64,000 nt of DNA from an uncultured virus (IMG/VR IMGVR_UViG_3300028797_000012). Its lineage: Duplodnaviria; Heunggongvirae; Uroviricota; Caudoviricetes. Under the pieces are notes generated by a model that was given only the letters and a program-made list of their open reading frames with translations, ran no database searches and had not been told where the DNA came from. Below are positions 29,724-40,800 of this stretch, piece after piece. The DNA is taken from IMG/VR virus record IMGVR_UViG_3300028797_000012. One strand, 5' to 3'. The first letter of the stretch is position 1. Every line of letters starts with the position of its first letter. The translations under genes and the position numbers were made by a program.

Positions 29724-31425
29724 GCGCAAAAGACATATCTCAGAGGCGGAGCGGTACTTCCAGGACGTGGCGGACGGCAAGATTGTCGCGTGCGCGAAAA
29801 TACAGGCGCTCGCCCTCATAATGCTGCCGCGCTTCGAAGGCGGCTACAAGCGCTGGCACTTCGATTACGAAGCCGCGAACAGGCCGGTCAAGTTCATCGA
29901 GACCGAGTGCTACGTCCCGTCCGGCAGGATTGGGCGCCTCCTGTCGCTGGACCCGTTTCAGAAGGCGCTCGTGCAGACGGCGTTCGGCTTCGTGGACGAT
30001 AACGGCAACAGGCAGTTCAACAACGTGCTCGTCGTAATCGGGCGCAAGAACGGAAAGACCACGCTTCTCGCCGCACTTGAGCTGTACATGCTGATAGGCG
30101 ACCGCGAGGGCGCTCCACAAATCTACAATGTCGCAACCTCGAAAGATCAAGCATCGCTCGGCTATGGCGCAGCGGTCCGCATGTACAAGCTGTCGCGCCG
30201 CATGAAGAAGCTGTTGCGCACTGGCATCGTCAAGGAGCGCGGCCAGGACGGCATTATCAACGATGCCAACCTCGGCTACATCACGCCTTTATCGTCGAAT
30301 ACGAGTCACCTCGACGGCCTCGACGTCCACCTCGGCGTGGTGGATGAAGTAGCGGCGCTTGTGAACCGCGACGTCTTCGATTTAGTTCGTCAGGGCACTG
30401 GTTCCAGGGAAAACCCAATGATGTTCCTGATTACCACCAACGGCTTTGTCCGCAATAACGTTTTCGACAGCGAGTACGACTATGCGAAACGCTGGCTCGA
30501 AGGGGAAGTGGACGATGACACACTTCTTCCGTTCATCTATGAGCTCGACAATCGCGACGAGTACGAAAAAGAGGCGATGTGGCCGAAGGCTAATCCTGGA
30601 CTCGGCACCATCAAAAAGCTCGATTACCTACGCGACCAGGTCAATAAGGCAAAGCAGGACCCGAGCTATCTACCGACCGTCCTCACCAAGGAGTTCAACG
30701 TCCCGCAGAACCAGTCGTGCGCTTGGCTGAAGATCGAGGAGTGCGTGAACACCACGAAGGTGGACGACTGGAAGAACATGAACTTCAAGTACGGCATCGC
30801 AGGCTTCGACGCCGCAGACACGATCGACCTCAACGCCGCGAAGGTGCTGCTCATGCGCCCGGACGACCTGACCATCTACGAGCGGTCCATGTACTGGATA
30901 CCGGAGGCCGTATTCGACCTGACCGACGAGTTGAACCGCGAGCGCGACGACGTGCCGTACCGCCAGTGGATAGCGCGCGACCTGATGCGCACGTACCCGG
31001 GCAACAAGGTGGACAAGCGCGTGTTCCTCGACTGGTTCCAGGAAATCGAGTCTGAGCTGGGTATATACATCTACGCCGTCGGGTTCGACCCGTGGCACGT
31101 GGACGACTCGACCCTGCGCGAGCTGCAATCGTTCGTCGGCGAGCAGAACTGCATCAAAGTCCGCCAGGGCGCCATCACGCTGTCGCAGCCCATGAAGCAG
31201 CTGCGGGCCGAGTACCAGGCGCACCGCGTGGTGGACGACCACAACCCGATCAACGAGTGGTGCCGCATGAACGTGCAGGTGAAACCCGACGTCAACGGCA
31301 ACATCCAGCCCGACAAGAAGATGAACTCGCCGAAGTTCCGCATCGACGGCTTCGTCGCGGAGCTGTGCGCCTACACCGTGCTCTCCGACAAGTGGGACGA
31401 CTACCAGGCGATAATCAAGCAGTAG
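29713..31425 (+). CDS. terL: Terminase large subunit
   Basis: Walker A GRKNGKT, Walker B VVDE, ITT motif, nuclease GFD...D and RIDG. Confidence 0.97.
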   Translation: MAAKRKRHISEAERYFQDVADGKIVACAKIQALALIMLPRFEGGYKRWHFDYEAANRPVKFIETECYVPSGRIGRLLSLDPFQKALVQTAFGFVDDNGNRQFNNVLVVIGRKNGKTTLLAALELYMLIGDREGAPQIYNVATSKDQASLGYGAAVRMYKLSRRMKKLLRTGIVKERGQDGIINDANLGYITPLSSNTSHLDGLDVHLGVVDEVAALVNRDVFDLVRQGTGSRENPMMFLITTNGFVRNNVFDSEYDYAKRWLEGEVDDDTLLPFIYELDNRDEYEKEAMWPKANPGLGTIKKLDYLRDQVNKAKQDPSYLPTVLTKEFNVPQNQSCAWLKIEECVNTTKVDDWKNMNFKYGIAGFDAADTIDLNAAKVLLMRPDDLTIYERSMYWIPEAVFDLTDELNRERDDVPYRQWIARDLMRTYPGNKVDKRVFLDWFQEIESELGIYIYAVGFDPWHVDDSTLRELQSFVGEQNCIKVRQGAITLSQPMKQLRAEYQAHRVVDDHNPINEWCRMNVQVKPDVNGNIQPDKKMNSPKFRIDGFVAELCAYTVLSDKWDDYQAIIKQ

Positions 31426-31479
31426 CGGTGCCGAGAAACGCTTCAGCCATAGCAGTACCAAAGATGGTACAGTCATGCT

Positions 31480-32739
31480 ATGGGACTATGGGAAAAACTG
31501 TACTGGCCTAAGAAGCAGGCTCTAGAAAAGCCTGCCGTGAATCCGTATGCCACCTTCTCCGAATCGCAGCCTGTGTCCACCGCCTACACCGGCGAGGTCT
31601 ACGAGCAGGAACTCATCCGCGCGTGCATCGACAAGTTCGCCACGGCCTGCTCGAAGCTCGACCCCGCCTACGAGGGCAACAGCAAAGCCGTCGAGCGGAT
31701 GATAAAGACCGCCCCGAACGAGCTCATGACCTGGCCGCAATTTCTGTATAGGAGCGCAACGCTCACGGAGGCGCTAAACACGTGCGCCATCATCCCGGCT
31801 TTCGCCAAGGACATGCAGACCATCGTGGGCATCTACCCGCTCCTGTACGACTACGCCGAGGTGGTGGACTACGCGGGCGAGCCGTGGGTCAAGTTCTACA
31901 CCTCGCCCGACGGCGTCAGCCCCCATTGCACCCATGCGATCGAGCTGAGGAGCGTCTGCTTCATCACGCGCTTCCAGTTCAGGAGCGACATCTTCGGCGC
32001 GAACGTAGCGCCGAGATCGACCCTGGACCTCATGAAGGCGCAGGAGAACGCGCAGAAGGCCGCCATCAGGGCGGGCGCGCGCATCAGGTGGATAGGCCAG
32101 GTCAGCTCGCGCATGGACGAGAAGGACCTCGACAACAAGCGCAAGCGCTTCGTCGACACCAACCTCGCCGCCGACAACGAGGGCGGCATCCTGGTGTACG
32201 ACCAGACGTTCGCGAGCGTCGAGCAGGTCAAGAACCAGTCCTTCGTCATCGACGCGGACGAGATGGAGCGCATCCAGGACGGCGTGTTCAGCTACTACGG
32301 CACGAACAAGGCCATCATCCAGAACGACTACGAGCCCAACAAGTGGGCGGCCTACTACGAGGGCAAGGTCGAGCCGTGGGCGGTCAACATCAGTGAGGGC
32401 ATCACGAGCATGCTCTTCACGCGGACGCAGCGCCTGCACAACAAGGTCGAGTTCTCCTCAAGCCGCCTCCAGTACGCGGCCATGGCTGAGAAGCGCAACA
32501 TGATCCGCGACATGGTCGACCGTGGACTGATGACGCTCAACGAGGGTCGCAAGATTCTCCAGATGAACACGGTACCCGGCGGCGACCAGTTCGTGATCCG
32601 CGGCGAGTACCTGCTGCTATCGCAAATCGACATGACAGAGCGCCAGCACGACTCCGACTACGAGCACCAGCTCATCGAGAGGCCGCTCTACGAGGACATG
32701 TCGAACGACTCAGAAGACGACGAGAACGCGGAGGCTTAG
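31480..32739 (+). CDS. Portal protein (HK97 family)
   Basis: IRACID, PNELMT..QF, MTLNEGR...GGD; position after terL. Confidence 0.92.
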   Translation: MGLWEKLYWPKKQALEKPAVNPYATFSESQPVSTAYTGEVYEQELIRACIDKFATACSKLDPAYEGNSKAVERMIKTAPNELMTWPQFLYRSATLTEALNTCAIIPAFAKDMQTIVGIYPLLYDYAEVVDYAGEPWVKFYTSPDGVSPHCTHAIELRSVCFITRFQFRSDIFGANVAPRSTLDLMKAQENAQKAAIRAGARIRWIGQVSSRMDEKDLDNKRKRFVDTNLAADNEGGILVYDQTFASVEQVKNQSFVIDADEMERIQDGVFSYYGTNKAIIQNDYEPNKWAAYYEGKVEPWAVNISEGITSMLFTRTQRLHNKVEFSSSRLQYAAMAEKRNMIRDMVDRGLMTLNEGRKILQMNTVPGGDQFVIRGEYLLLSQIDMTERQHDSDYEHQLIERPLYEDMSNDSEDDENAEA

Positions 32740-32741
32740 CC

Positions 32742-33371
32742 ATGCCTGTTGTAGAAGGACGCGAATACAGGAATTTCGAGATGACCTTCACGGCGGTCGA
32801 GCCCGAGGAGGGCAGCGACGACTGCATCATCGAAGGTTACGCCACGACGTTCGACGACCCGTACGAGCTGTGGGACGGGTACTACGAGGTCATCGACCGC
32901 AACGCGCTCGATGGCGCGGACATGTCGGACGTCATCTTCCAGCTCAACCACGAGGGCATCGTGATGGCGCGCCTGCGCAACGCGACGCTCGCGCTCCTGC
33001 CCGACGAGCACGGTCTGTTCACGAGGGCAAACCTCAAGGGCTGCCGACAGGGCCGTGACCTCTACGAGGCCATCAAGAACGGCCTTATTGACCGTATGAG
33101 CTGGGGTTTTATTATCGCAGAGGATGGGTACGAGTACGACAGGTCCACCCATACCTCGACCATCACCAAGGTTTCAAAGGTCTTCGACGTCAGCGCCGTG
33201 TCGCGCCCGGCGAACGAAGGCACCGAGATACATGCACGCTCCTACTTCGACGGAGTGATCGAAGCGGAACGCCAGGAGTTGGCTGAGCGCCAGGAGTTGG
33301 CGCGGTGCATCGAAAGGGACGAGCGCAACCGCCGCAAGTCCAAGTTTCTGTTCGAGACAGGAGAAATGTAA
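32742..33371 (+). CDS. HK97-family prohead protease
   Basis: IEGYATTF, NH, MSWGF, DVSAVSRPA. Confidence 0.93.
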   Translation: MPVVEGREYRNFEMTFTAVEPEEGSDDCIIEGYATTFDDPYELWDGYYEVIDRNALDGADMSDVIFQLNHEGIVMARLRNATLALLPDEHGLFTRANLKGCRQGRDLYEAIKNGLIDRMSWGFIIAEDGYEYDRSTHTSTITKVSKVFDVSAVSRPANEGTEIHARSYFDGVIEAERQELAERQELARCIERDERNRRKSKFLFETGEM

Positions 33372-34648
33372 TGGCATTCGAGACTTTGACTGCCGAGCAG
33401 TACCGCGAGCTCGATTACGACTCCCTTATTGCTCGCCGCGACGTGATCGCGGACGCCTTCGACGACCCTGAGAACGACGTCGAGGCAATCGAGGCCGACG
33501 GCAAGCTGTTCAAGGCCGAGGTCGCACGCCGTGCCAAGCAGGTCGAAATCCGCTCGCTCAAGATCGACCAGGTCATGGGCGGCGCTGGCACCGTGGTGGG
33601 CACCAGCAAGAACACCGGCAAGGTTCACGTCAAGCGCGACAACTCGCTCGGCGCGCGCGTCTGGGACGAGCTCCAGAAGAACAAGTTCGGCCGCGAGCGC
33701 AAGTTCGAGCTCCCGAACATCTCGTTCCGCGCCTACAACGACACCCAGACCGTAGGCGAGCTTGACGGCGAGAACAGCCCGAACTACTTCGACGAGGTGC
33801 TGACCGACGTCGACACCGAAATCCGCGAGGGCTACCGTCGCCCGCTGACCATCTGGGACCTGTTCAACCACGAGACTACCTCCAAGGATTCCGTGGCATG
33901 GTACGTCGAGGGCACGTTCGAGGGCTCCGCCGCGATGACGGCAGAGACCGGCAAGTTCGCGCAGATTCACGTGAACGACCCCGTCCGCGCGTCTTCGGAG
34001 CTGAAGAAGGTCACGGCCTTCTGGAAGCAGTCCGACGAGATCCTCACCGACGCCCCGCGCTTCGTGAGCCACGTCAACTCCCGCGCAGGCTACAACCTCG
34101 ACATCGTCGTCGAGGACCAGCTCGTGGGCGGCGACGGCACCGGCAACAACATCACGGGCCTCGTGAACACGTCCGGCCTGCTGACCGCCTCCGCAAGCGG
34201 CTACAACCTCTCGTTCATCGAGTCGCTGCTCGCGCAGAAGACGCTCATCCGCAAGGCGACGCCGAACTTCAACGTCGACACGCTGCTCGTGGCCGACGAG
34301 GACTATGACACGCTCCAGACCTTGCGCAACGAGTCCGACCAGTACGTGCTCGGAGGTCCCGTCGGGCTGGTCTACGGCAACAGCGTCACGGTCGGCGACG
34401 TCCTGTGGCGCACCATCCGTATCGTACCGACCCCGGCGCTGACCAGCGGCACGTCCATCCTGGGCGCGTTCAAGCGCGGCGGCACGATTTACTCGCACGT
34501 GACCGGACGCCGTTTCGACGTCGGTTACGACGGCGAGGACTTCAGCCACGGCCTGGTGAGCTTCCGCGCCTACCAGCGCTTCGTGCTCGCGGTCGAGTAC
34601 CCGGCAGCGTTCTGCAAGTACTCGGTCGAGACCGGCAGCTCGATCTAG
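33371..34648 (+). CDS. Major capsid protein (HK97 fold)
   Basis: Coiled-coil delta-like N-terminus, AETG, SDEILTD, GDGTG, PAAF. Confidence 0.93.
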   Translation: MAFETLTAEQYRELDYDSLIARRDVIADAFDDPENDVEAIEADGKLFKAEVARRAKQVEIRSLKIDQVMGGAGTVVGTSKNTGKVHVKRDNSLGARVWDELQKNKFGRERKFELPNISFRAYNDTQTVGELDGENSPNYFDEVLTDVDTEIREGYRRPLTIWDLFNHETTSKDSVAWYVEGTFEGSAAMTAETGKFAQIHVNDPVRASSELKKVTAFWKQSDEILTDAPRFVSHVNSRAGYNLDIVVEDQLVGGDGTGNNITGLVNTSGLLTASASGYNLSFIESLLAQKTLIRKATPNFNVDTLLVADEDYDTLQTLRNESDQYVLGGPVGLVYGNSVTVGDVLWRTIRIVPTPALTSGTSILGAFKRGGTIYSHVTGRRFDVGYDGEDFSHGLVSFRAYQRFVLAVEYPAAFCKYSVETGSSI

Positions 34649-34656
34649 GAGACGCC

Positions 34657-34869
34657 ATGGTAGCGCTGAGGAACTACAAGCTGCCTGACGGGACGACCCG
34701 CCAGTACCGCGAGGGCGAGCAGCCCGAGTGCGCGGTTGCAGTCGCGACCGCGGCTCCCGTCCAGACGCCCGAGGCCCGCATGGCCGAGGTCGTCGAGAAG
34801 GCGCACACCACGACGTCGTCCAAGCGTCGCTCGTCTAGGAAGTCGCAGCCCAAGGAGGTCGTCGAGTAA
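34657..34869 (+). CDS. Small head accessory protein
   Basis: AGGAG RBS after capsid gene; basic C-terminus. Confidence 0.65.
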   Translation: MVALRNYKLPDGTTRQYREGEQPECAVAVATAAPVQTPEARMAEVVEKAHTTTSSKRRSSRKSQPKEVVE

Positions 34870-35156
34870 TGGCCGAGCGAATCCTCGTCAAGGCAGTCAA
34901 GAAGTTCAAGGACCTCGTCGAGCAGGTCGACCGCTCGTGCGGCGAGCAGTGGATGGTGGACAAGGCACGCTTCAAGGAGCTCAACTCCACCATCTACGGC
35001 GAGCTCGTGCAGAGGATCGACGTCGACCCGGCGATTAGGATTTCCGGTCGCCCGAAGAAGTCGGAGCTCATCGCGATGGCCGAGGAGCTCGGCATCGAGG
35101 TGCCCGAGGGCGCGACCAACCCTGAAATCGCGAGGCTCATCAAGGAGGCGCAGTAG
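34869..35156 (+). CDS. Small virion-associated protein with Rho-N/HeH-like C-terminus
   Basis: KKSELIAMAEELGIEVPEGATNPEI. Confidence 0.7.
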   Translation: MAERILVKAVKKFKDLVEQVDRSCGEQWMVDKARFKELNSTIYGELVQRIDVDPAIRISGRPKKSELIAMAEELGIEVPEGATNPEIARLIKEAQ

Positions 35157-35621
35157 TTGGCAACCCTGGCCGACATAATCCGCGATGTAAAACCGCTGCT
35201 CATGCCGACCGTCAAGGTCGCGGCACGCCTATCCACCGACGCTTTCGACCTCGAAATCGAGGCGGCGGTGGAGGGCGCGATCGCCGACCTGAAGCGCGTC
35301 GGCATAGCGGAGGCGTGCTTCGACAGCAGGAGCGACTACTACCCGCTCATCCGGCAGGCGGTGGTCATGTACTGCAAGGCGCACTTCGGGCAGGACAACC
35401 CAAACGAGGAGATGCGCTTCTGGATTGACAGCTACCAGATGCACCTCGACGCGCTGCTGAACAGCGGCGCGAACGCCTACGCGATGGAGGACATCGTGCT
35501 TGCCGACGAGGTCGAGGAGCCGGTCGAGGAGCCGCCCGAGGAGCCGTCTGACGACCCAAGCGAGCCTGACGGTGAAGAGGGCGGCGAGCCTGCGGAGGTG
35601 GACCCAAATGCGCTGGGATAA
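35157..35621 (+). CDS. Head-tail connector/adaptor
   Basis: VKVAAR...FDLEI...AIADL..VGI...AVVMYCKAHFG. Confidence 0.8.
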   Translation: MATLADIIRDVKPLLMPTVKVAARLSTDAFDLEIEAAVEGAIADLKRVGIAEACFDSRSDYYPLIRQAVVMYCKAHFGQDNPNEEMRFWIDSYQMHLDALLNSGANAYAMEDIVLADEVEEPVEEPPEEPSDDPSEPDGEEGGEPAEVDPNALG

Positions 35622-35919
35622 GGTCGCGAACCTGTACAGCGCCAAGGTGACGCACGATTCCGAGGGCAACCCGTCCGAGGAGAAGGCCGACGAGGCGACC
35701 GTCTTCGCGAACGCGCGGAACATGGGCCTGGAGAGCTGGGCGGCCGCCCGCAACAGCGGGCTGCACGCCGACGCTTCGCTCCAGGTGCGCTCCGCCGAGT
35801 ACTCGGGCCAGAACCGCTGCGAGGTGGACGGAACCGAGTACGAGGTCGAGCGATCGTACGACACGGGCGAGTACACGACCCTGACGCTGAAGAGGAGGCT
35901 GCGCAATGTCGTTGCATGA
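35608..35919 (+). CDS. Head closure protein
   Basis: VFAN...EYSGQ...DGTEYEVER; position. Confidence 0.8.
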   Translation: MRWDKVANLYSAKVTHDSEGNPSEEKADEATVFANARNMGLESWAAARNSGLHADASLQVRSAEYSGQNRCEVDGTEYEVERSYDTGEYTTLTLKRRLRNVVA

Positions 35920-36301
35920 GATCAGCGTGGACGCCGACCGCTTCGCGTACGGGTTCGACCGCCTGCTTGAGGACATCGGCCCGGGCGTCGAGACTTGCCT
36001 TGAACCCGCCATCCGCGAGGGCTGCAAGACCGCGCGCAAGGTCGCGAAGTCCACCGCTCCGAAGAAGACGGGCCGATATGCCAAGTCGCTGTCCTACAAG
36101 ACCAAGAAGGCTGGGATGAGCGCGTCCGGCGAGGTTGGCTCAAAGAACCTGCCCGGTCTTGTCCACCTGCTCGAAAAGGGGCACGCGAAGGTCGGCGGCG
36201 GCCGCACGCGGGCTTTCCCGCACATGGCGCCGGGATTCGACGCTGGCGCGCCCGTTTTCGAGAAGGCCCTGCTGGAGGGGGTGGACCGTGCCCTCAGCTA
36301 A
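35906..36301 (+). CDS. HK97 gp10-family tail completion protein
   Basis: APKKTG.Y..S, HLLEKGH...GGR...PH. Confidence 0.85.
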   Translation: MSLHEISVDADRFAYGFDRLLEDIGPGVETCLEPAIREGCKTARKVAKSTAPKKTGRYAKSLSYKTKKAGMSASGEVGSKNLPGLVHLLEKGHAKVGGGRTRAFPHMAPGFDAGAPVFEKALLEGVDRALS

Positions 36302-36620
36302 GGAAAGGATCGTGTCCGCCGTCTCCGAGCACGTACCGTGCGCGCACCTGTGCTGGCCGCAGGCGAACGCCCCGGACCTGCCGTGGGCCGTCTACCTGGA
36401 CGAGCCGAGCGGCAAGGGGGCGGACAACGTCAACTGGGCGACGGTCCACGGCTGGTCCGTCGAGCTTTACGAGAAATACCCGAGCACCGAGCTTGAGGAC
36501 GCGGTGTTCGACACGTTGCGCGGCGAGTACGGGTACGTCGAGCCGCCCACAACGACCTGGATAGATTCGGAGGGCTGCTACTGCACGCTCTACCGCTTCT
36601 CCGAGATAGAAAGGACATAG
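36288..36620 (+). CDS. Tail terminator
   Basis: P.LPW.VY, ADN, VELY; position. Confidence 0.75.
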   Translation: MPSAKERIVSAVSEHVPCAHLCWPQANAPDLPWAVYLDEPSGKGADNVNWATVHGWSVELYEKYPSTELEDAVFDTLRGEYGYVEPPTTTWIDSEGCYCTLYRFSEIERT

Positions 36621-36622
36621 CC

Positions 36623-37255
36623 ATGTCTGATACCAAGCCTATCCGCTACGGCGTGAACAAGATGTTCTACGCGCTGAAGACCGTCAGCGGCAGCACCGTG
36701 TCCTACGGCACGCCGAAGCGCATGTACGGCGCGCGCCAGATCACCATCACCCCCGAGGGCGGCACCGAGAAGTTCTACGCCGACAACTGCACGTTCTTCG
36801 TCTCGACGACGAACAACGGCCGTTCCGGCTCCGTCGAGATGGCGGGCCTGTCCGACGAGTTCCTGAAGGACGTCTTCGGGTACGTCGAGGACGACAACGG
36901 CGTCATCTTCGAGGACGCGGGCGCGAAGACCAACTCGGTCGCGCTGCTGTTCGAGTGCGAGAACGACGGCGACAAGCCGACGTTGTTCGAGATGCTCGAC
37001 GTGACGTTCTCCCGCCCGCAGGAAGAGCACAACACCACCGAGGACAACACCACGCCTGACACCGTCACCCTCGACTACGAGGCCGCCCCGGTCGAGCTCC
37101 CTTGGGAGAGCGGCACGAAGAAGGTCGTCGGCGGTCATGTGGACTACGTCGCGGCATCCGGCACCCAGGGCCAGTACGGCTACAACGCCGGTACCGTCGC
37201 CACGTACGAAGCATGGTACACCTCCGTCACCCTGCCGACTAAGGCAGCCGCCTAA
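36623..37255 (+). CDS. Major tail protein (phi13-like)
   Basis: YG.P, FYADN, ALLFE, FSRP. Confidence 0.9.
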   Translation: MSDTKPIRYGVNKMFYALKTVSGSTVSYGTPKRMYGARQITITPEGGTEKFYADNCTFFVSTTNNGRSGSVEMAGLSDEFLKDVFGYVEDDNGVIFEDAGAKTNSVALLFECENDGDKPTLFEMLDVTFSRPQEEHNTTEDNTTPDTVTLDYEAAPVELPWESGTKKVVGGHVDYVAASGTQGQYGYNAGTVATYEAWYTSVTLPTKAAA

Positions 37256-37614
37256 TGGAGCTGACCGTAAACGGCGCCAAGCTGGAATGCGCCTTCTCCG
37301 TCTGGACATGCGTGCTCTACGAGCAGGAGTTCGACGGAGCAGACATCATCGCCGACGTGAGCGGGCGCATCACGGCTGACGACCTCAAGCCCGACAGCGA
37401 CGTCATCGTCGACTTCGCGAAAATCCCATGGCTCAAGATCATGCAGGCCGCGTGGGCGATGGCGAAGACGGCCGACGACTCCCTGCCGCACTTCAACGAG
37501 TGGGCGAAGGGGGTCACCGAGATCGACTCGTGGGAGTTCCGCGGCGTCGTGAACAAGGCCGTAAACGAGACCTTTTTTCATCAAGCCGCCGCCGACGGCG
37601 AAGGCGACGAATAG
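37255..37614 (+). CDS. Tail assembly chaperone (G)
   Basis: Between major tail and tape measure genes; YEQEF..DII; T6 run near its end. Confidence 0.8.
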   Translation: MELTVNGAKLECAFSVWTCVLYEQEFDGADIIADVSGRITADDLKPDSDVIVDFAKIPWLKIMQAAWAMAKTADDSLPHFNEWAKGVTEIDSWEFRGVVNKAVNETFFHQAAADGEGDE

Positions 37615-37813
37615 CGGCAGATCGAACAGGATGCCCTACACGCGAATGTACGTGGGGGCTTTGGGCATGGGCTTCACGACGACCGACCTGAAGCTCATGC
37701 CCTTGTCTAGGCTCCTGTGGTTCATCCACTGCAACAACCTGAACAACGGGGCCAAGGAGCCGGAACCCGAATACCGCTGGGGAACCATAGCGGAACTCAA
37801 GCGAATTCTCTAA
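37565..37813 (+). CDS. Tail assembly chaperone extension (T), in the +1 frame
   Basis: Frame open from 37565 to 37813; in-frame ATG at 37631 has a poor SD. Confidence 0.65.
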   Translation, partial: TRPFFIKPPPTAKATNSGRSNRMPYTRMYVGALGMGFTTTDLKLMPLSRLLWFIHCNNLNNGAKEPEPEYRWGTIAELKRIL

Positions 37814-37826
37814 GGAGGCGGCTCGC

Positions 37827-40800
37827 ATGGGCGAGGCATACAGGGGGCTGACCATCCAGTTCAAGGCGGACGGAACGCGCGTCCTGTCCACCCTCAAATC
37901 CATGTCAAACGCATCGAAGCAGGTCGAGAGTGAGCTGCGCATGGTCAAGCGCGCCCTGCGGTTCGACCCGTCTTCTGCGAAGGCCGCCCAGGCGCAGATG
38001 AAGCTCCTTGCCGAGAAGGCCGGAACGACGCGTGCCGAAGTGGCGATGATGGAGCGCGAGTTCAAGAAGCTCGGCGATGTCGAAATCGGCGGCGTCAAGA
38101 TGAAGGAGCTGTCGGAGCGCACTAAAGATGCGTCAGCGCAAGCGTCAACTATGCTGACGCGTTACAATCGCGTCACCGAAGAGCTTGCAAGGCTCCACAA
38201 CAAAGCCACTGACGCATGGGCGTCTTGTAAAAAACTTAGCAACGTCCCGAATCCGTTCAAAAAGGGGTGGAGCGAGCTATCAACTGAAAAGCTGCAAGGG
38301 TTCATTGCCTACATGGAACGCTTAGGCGCTGTAACGGCAGAAGAATCCGATCAAATGCGCCACGCCGTCAAGGCGCTGCGGAGCGAATTCAGCTTTACCG
38401 AAACGGAACTCAAGAAGCTCAACGACATTGCAGCATACCAATCTTTTGGGAACAAGATAATCGAGCAAACCGCAAAGGCTAAGGCCGCGATGCGCGAGAT
38501 GAACGCCGCAGCAAAGGCGTTCCAGGGCACCAGCATGACCGGCAACCTCAAGGAGGCCCGCGCTGAAATCGAGCGAACTGCCGTCCAGGCGAAGTTGCTC
38601 AAAGAGGCGATGCGCAGCGACCCGTCGAGCCTGAGCACGGCAATCTCGCATGCTGAATCGCTCAGGGCGAAAATCAAGGCCGTCGAAATCGAGACCAAGC
38701 ATCTCAACAACGAGATGGACGAGCTTGCTGCAAGTCCTGGCGTGCTCGAAGCCGCGAGGGACGCCGAGAGGCTCGAATCGCATATGGCGCAGGCGCGCGC
38801 CGAGGTGGACCGACTCGGTGAAGCATATGCGGAAGCCAAGGCTAAGGCAAACGTGTACGGAGACGAACTCACCGAGCTGCGCCTCAAAATCATGAATTCA
38901 AACAACGCCGAGGAAATGCTCACTGCTGGAGACGAGTACAGGGCAAAAAACGCGCAATTGCGTGAAACGCGCGCACTTGTCGATGAGCTCGGGCGTAGCT
39001 ACAACAACGCGGCAGAACAAGTTCAAGTATACAACCGAGCCGTCAGGTACAACGAGGCGGCGGGCCAAGCAGCCTCAAATACCGCCATGACGGCCGCTAT
39101 GAACAAGAGCCTTAAAACCGGTCAGAAGACCAAGTTCTTCTCGTCGAGCGCGTTCACCTCGATGGGCATGCAGATTTACTCGACGCTCTACCCGGCGGTC
39201 ATGATGGGCGGCATGTACGCTGTCGAGTCTGCCAGGGAAGTGGACGCCGCATACCGCGACATGCGCAAGACGGTGCAGGGCTCCGAAGAGGACTTCGTCC
39301 AGCTCAAGGAGAAGGCCATCGACTTTGGCAACACGCATTACACGAGCGCCGACGAGATTCTGTCCATCGAGGCCATCGGCGGCCAGCTCGGCGTCACGGT
39401 GGACAACCTGGAGCAGTTCAGCAAGGTCGTCAGCGATTTGTCGATTGCTACCGACGAAGCCTTCGAGACCGAGGACATCGCGCTGTGGCTCGGCAAGATG
39501 AGCAACATCATGCACATCTCGGCGGACGACTACGACAACTTCGCCGACTCGCTCGTGCGCCTCGGCAACTCCGAGCCCGCGCTCGAATCCGACATCGCGA
39601 ACATCACGACGCGCTTCGCGGGCATGGCGTCCATCGTCGGCATGATGCCGGACGAGATTCTCGCCATCGCGACCGCCGCGACCGCGACGGGCCAGAAGTC
39701 CCACGCGGCAGGCGGCGCTCTCATGAGGGTGCTGGGCCGCATCGAGACGGCAACGGCGGGCGTGTCCGAGGGCATGTACAACCTGGAGGACGTCACCGAG
39801 GAGGACATCGCCGAGTTCGAGGCCGCGCAGGACAGCCTGCAAGCCTACGCCGAGATTTCCGGCATGACCGCAGAGCAGTTCTCGAAGGCGTGGGACCAGG
39901 ACCCGACGGCGACCTTCCAGAAGTTCATCAACGGCCTCAAGCAGATCAAGGACGAGGGCGGCTCGGTCGAGGACGTGCTCCAGAACAAGCTCGGCATCGG
40001 GTCTGTCTACGACAGGACGCTGCTCAACGGCCTGACGCAGACGACCAAGGTGCTCGACGAGTCCTTGAGGATGTCCAAGAACGCGTATTACGGAATCTCG
40101 GACGAGTTCGGCACGATGGGCGACGCCGCGCGGGAGGCCGAGAACAAGTCCCAGGGCTTCAGCGGCACGCTCCAGATCATGCTGAACAACATGCAGGCGC
40201 TCGGGGCGGTAGCGGCAGAGTCCCTGACGCCGCACCTCAAGACGCTTACCAGCATCGCGCAAGACCTCGTCAAGTGGTTCACAGACCTCGACCCCGCGAT
40301 GCAGACGATGCTGACGTCGGCCGTCGGCCTGGGTGGACTCCTCGGCCCGACGCTCACGGGTATCGGCGCCTTCGGCAACATGTTCGGGTCGTTCAGGTCG
40401 AACCTGCGCACGTACATGTCGGCAGAGAACAAGCTCGCCAGGACCGAGGGGTCCGCGCTTACGAGCGCAATGGGCGTCACCTCGGCCTACAAGGCAATGG
40501 GGAGCAAGCTCGAAGGGACGACGAAGAAGCTCGACACTGCCCGGAGGGCCATGGTCGGCGTGAACGCCGCGCAGGAGAAGCACATCATAGCAACGGGCAA
40601 AGAGAGCGCCGCCATCAGGCAACAGCAGCAATCGGCGGCGAAGCAGCTCAAGGTAGCCGAACGCGAGCAAGCAATGCAAAGAATCAAAAACGTCCGCACC
40701 AGGGCTAGTGCTGGTTTCCTGAACCTCATGAACGGCGTCGGGCAGATGGGAGCCATGGCCGCTGCTGGATTTGCGATAGAACAAGTCGGCATGGCTATTT

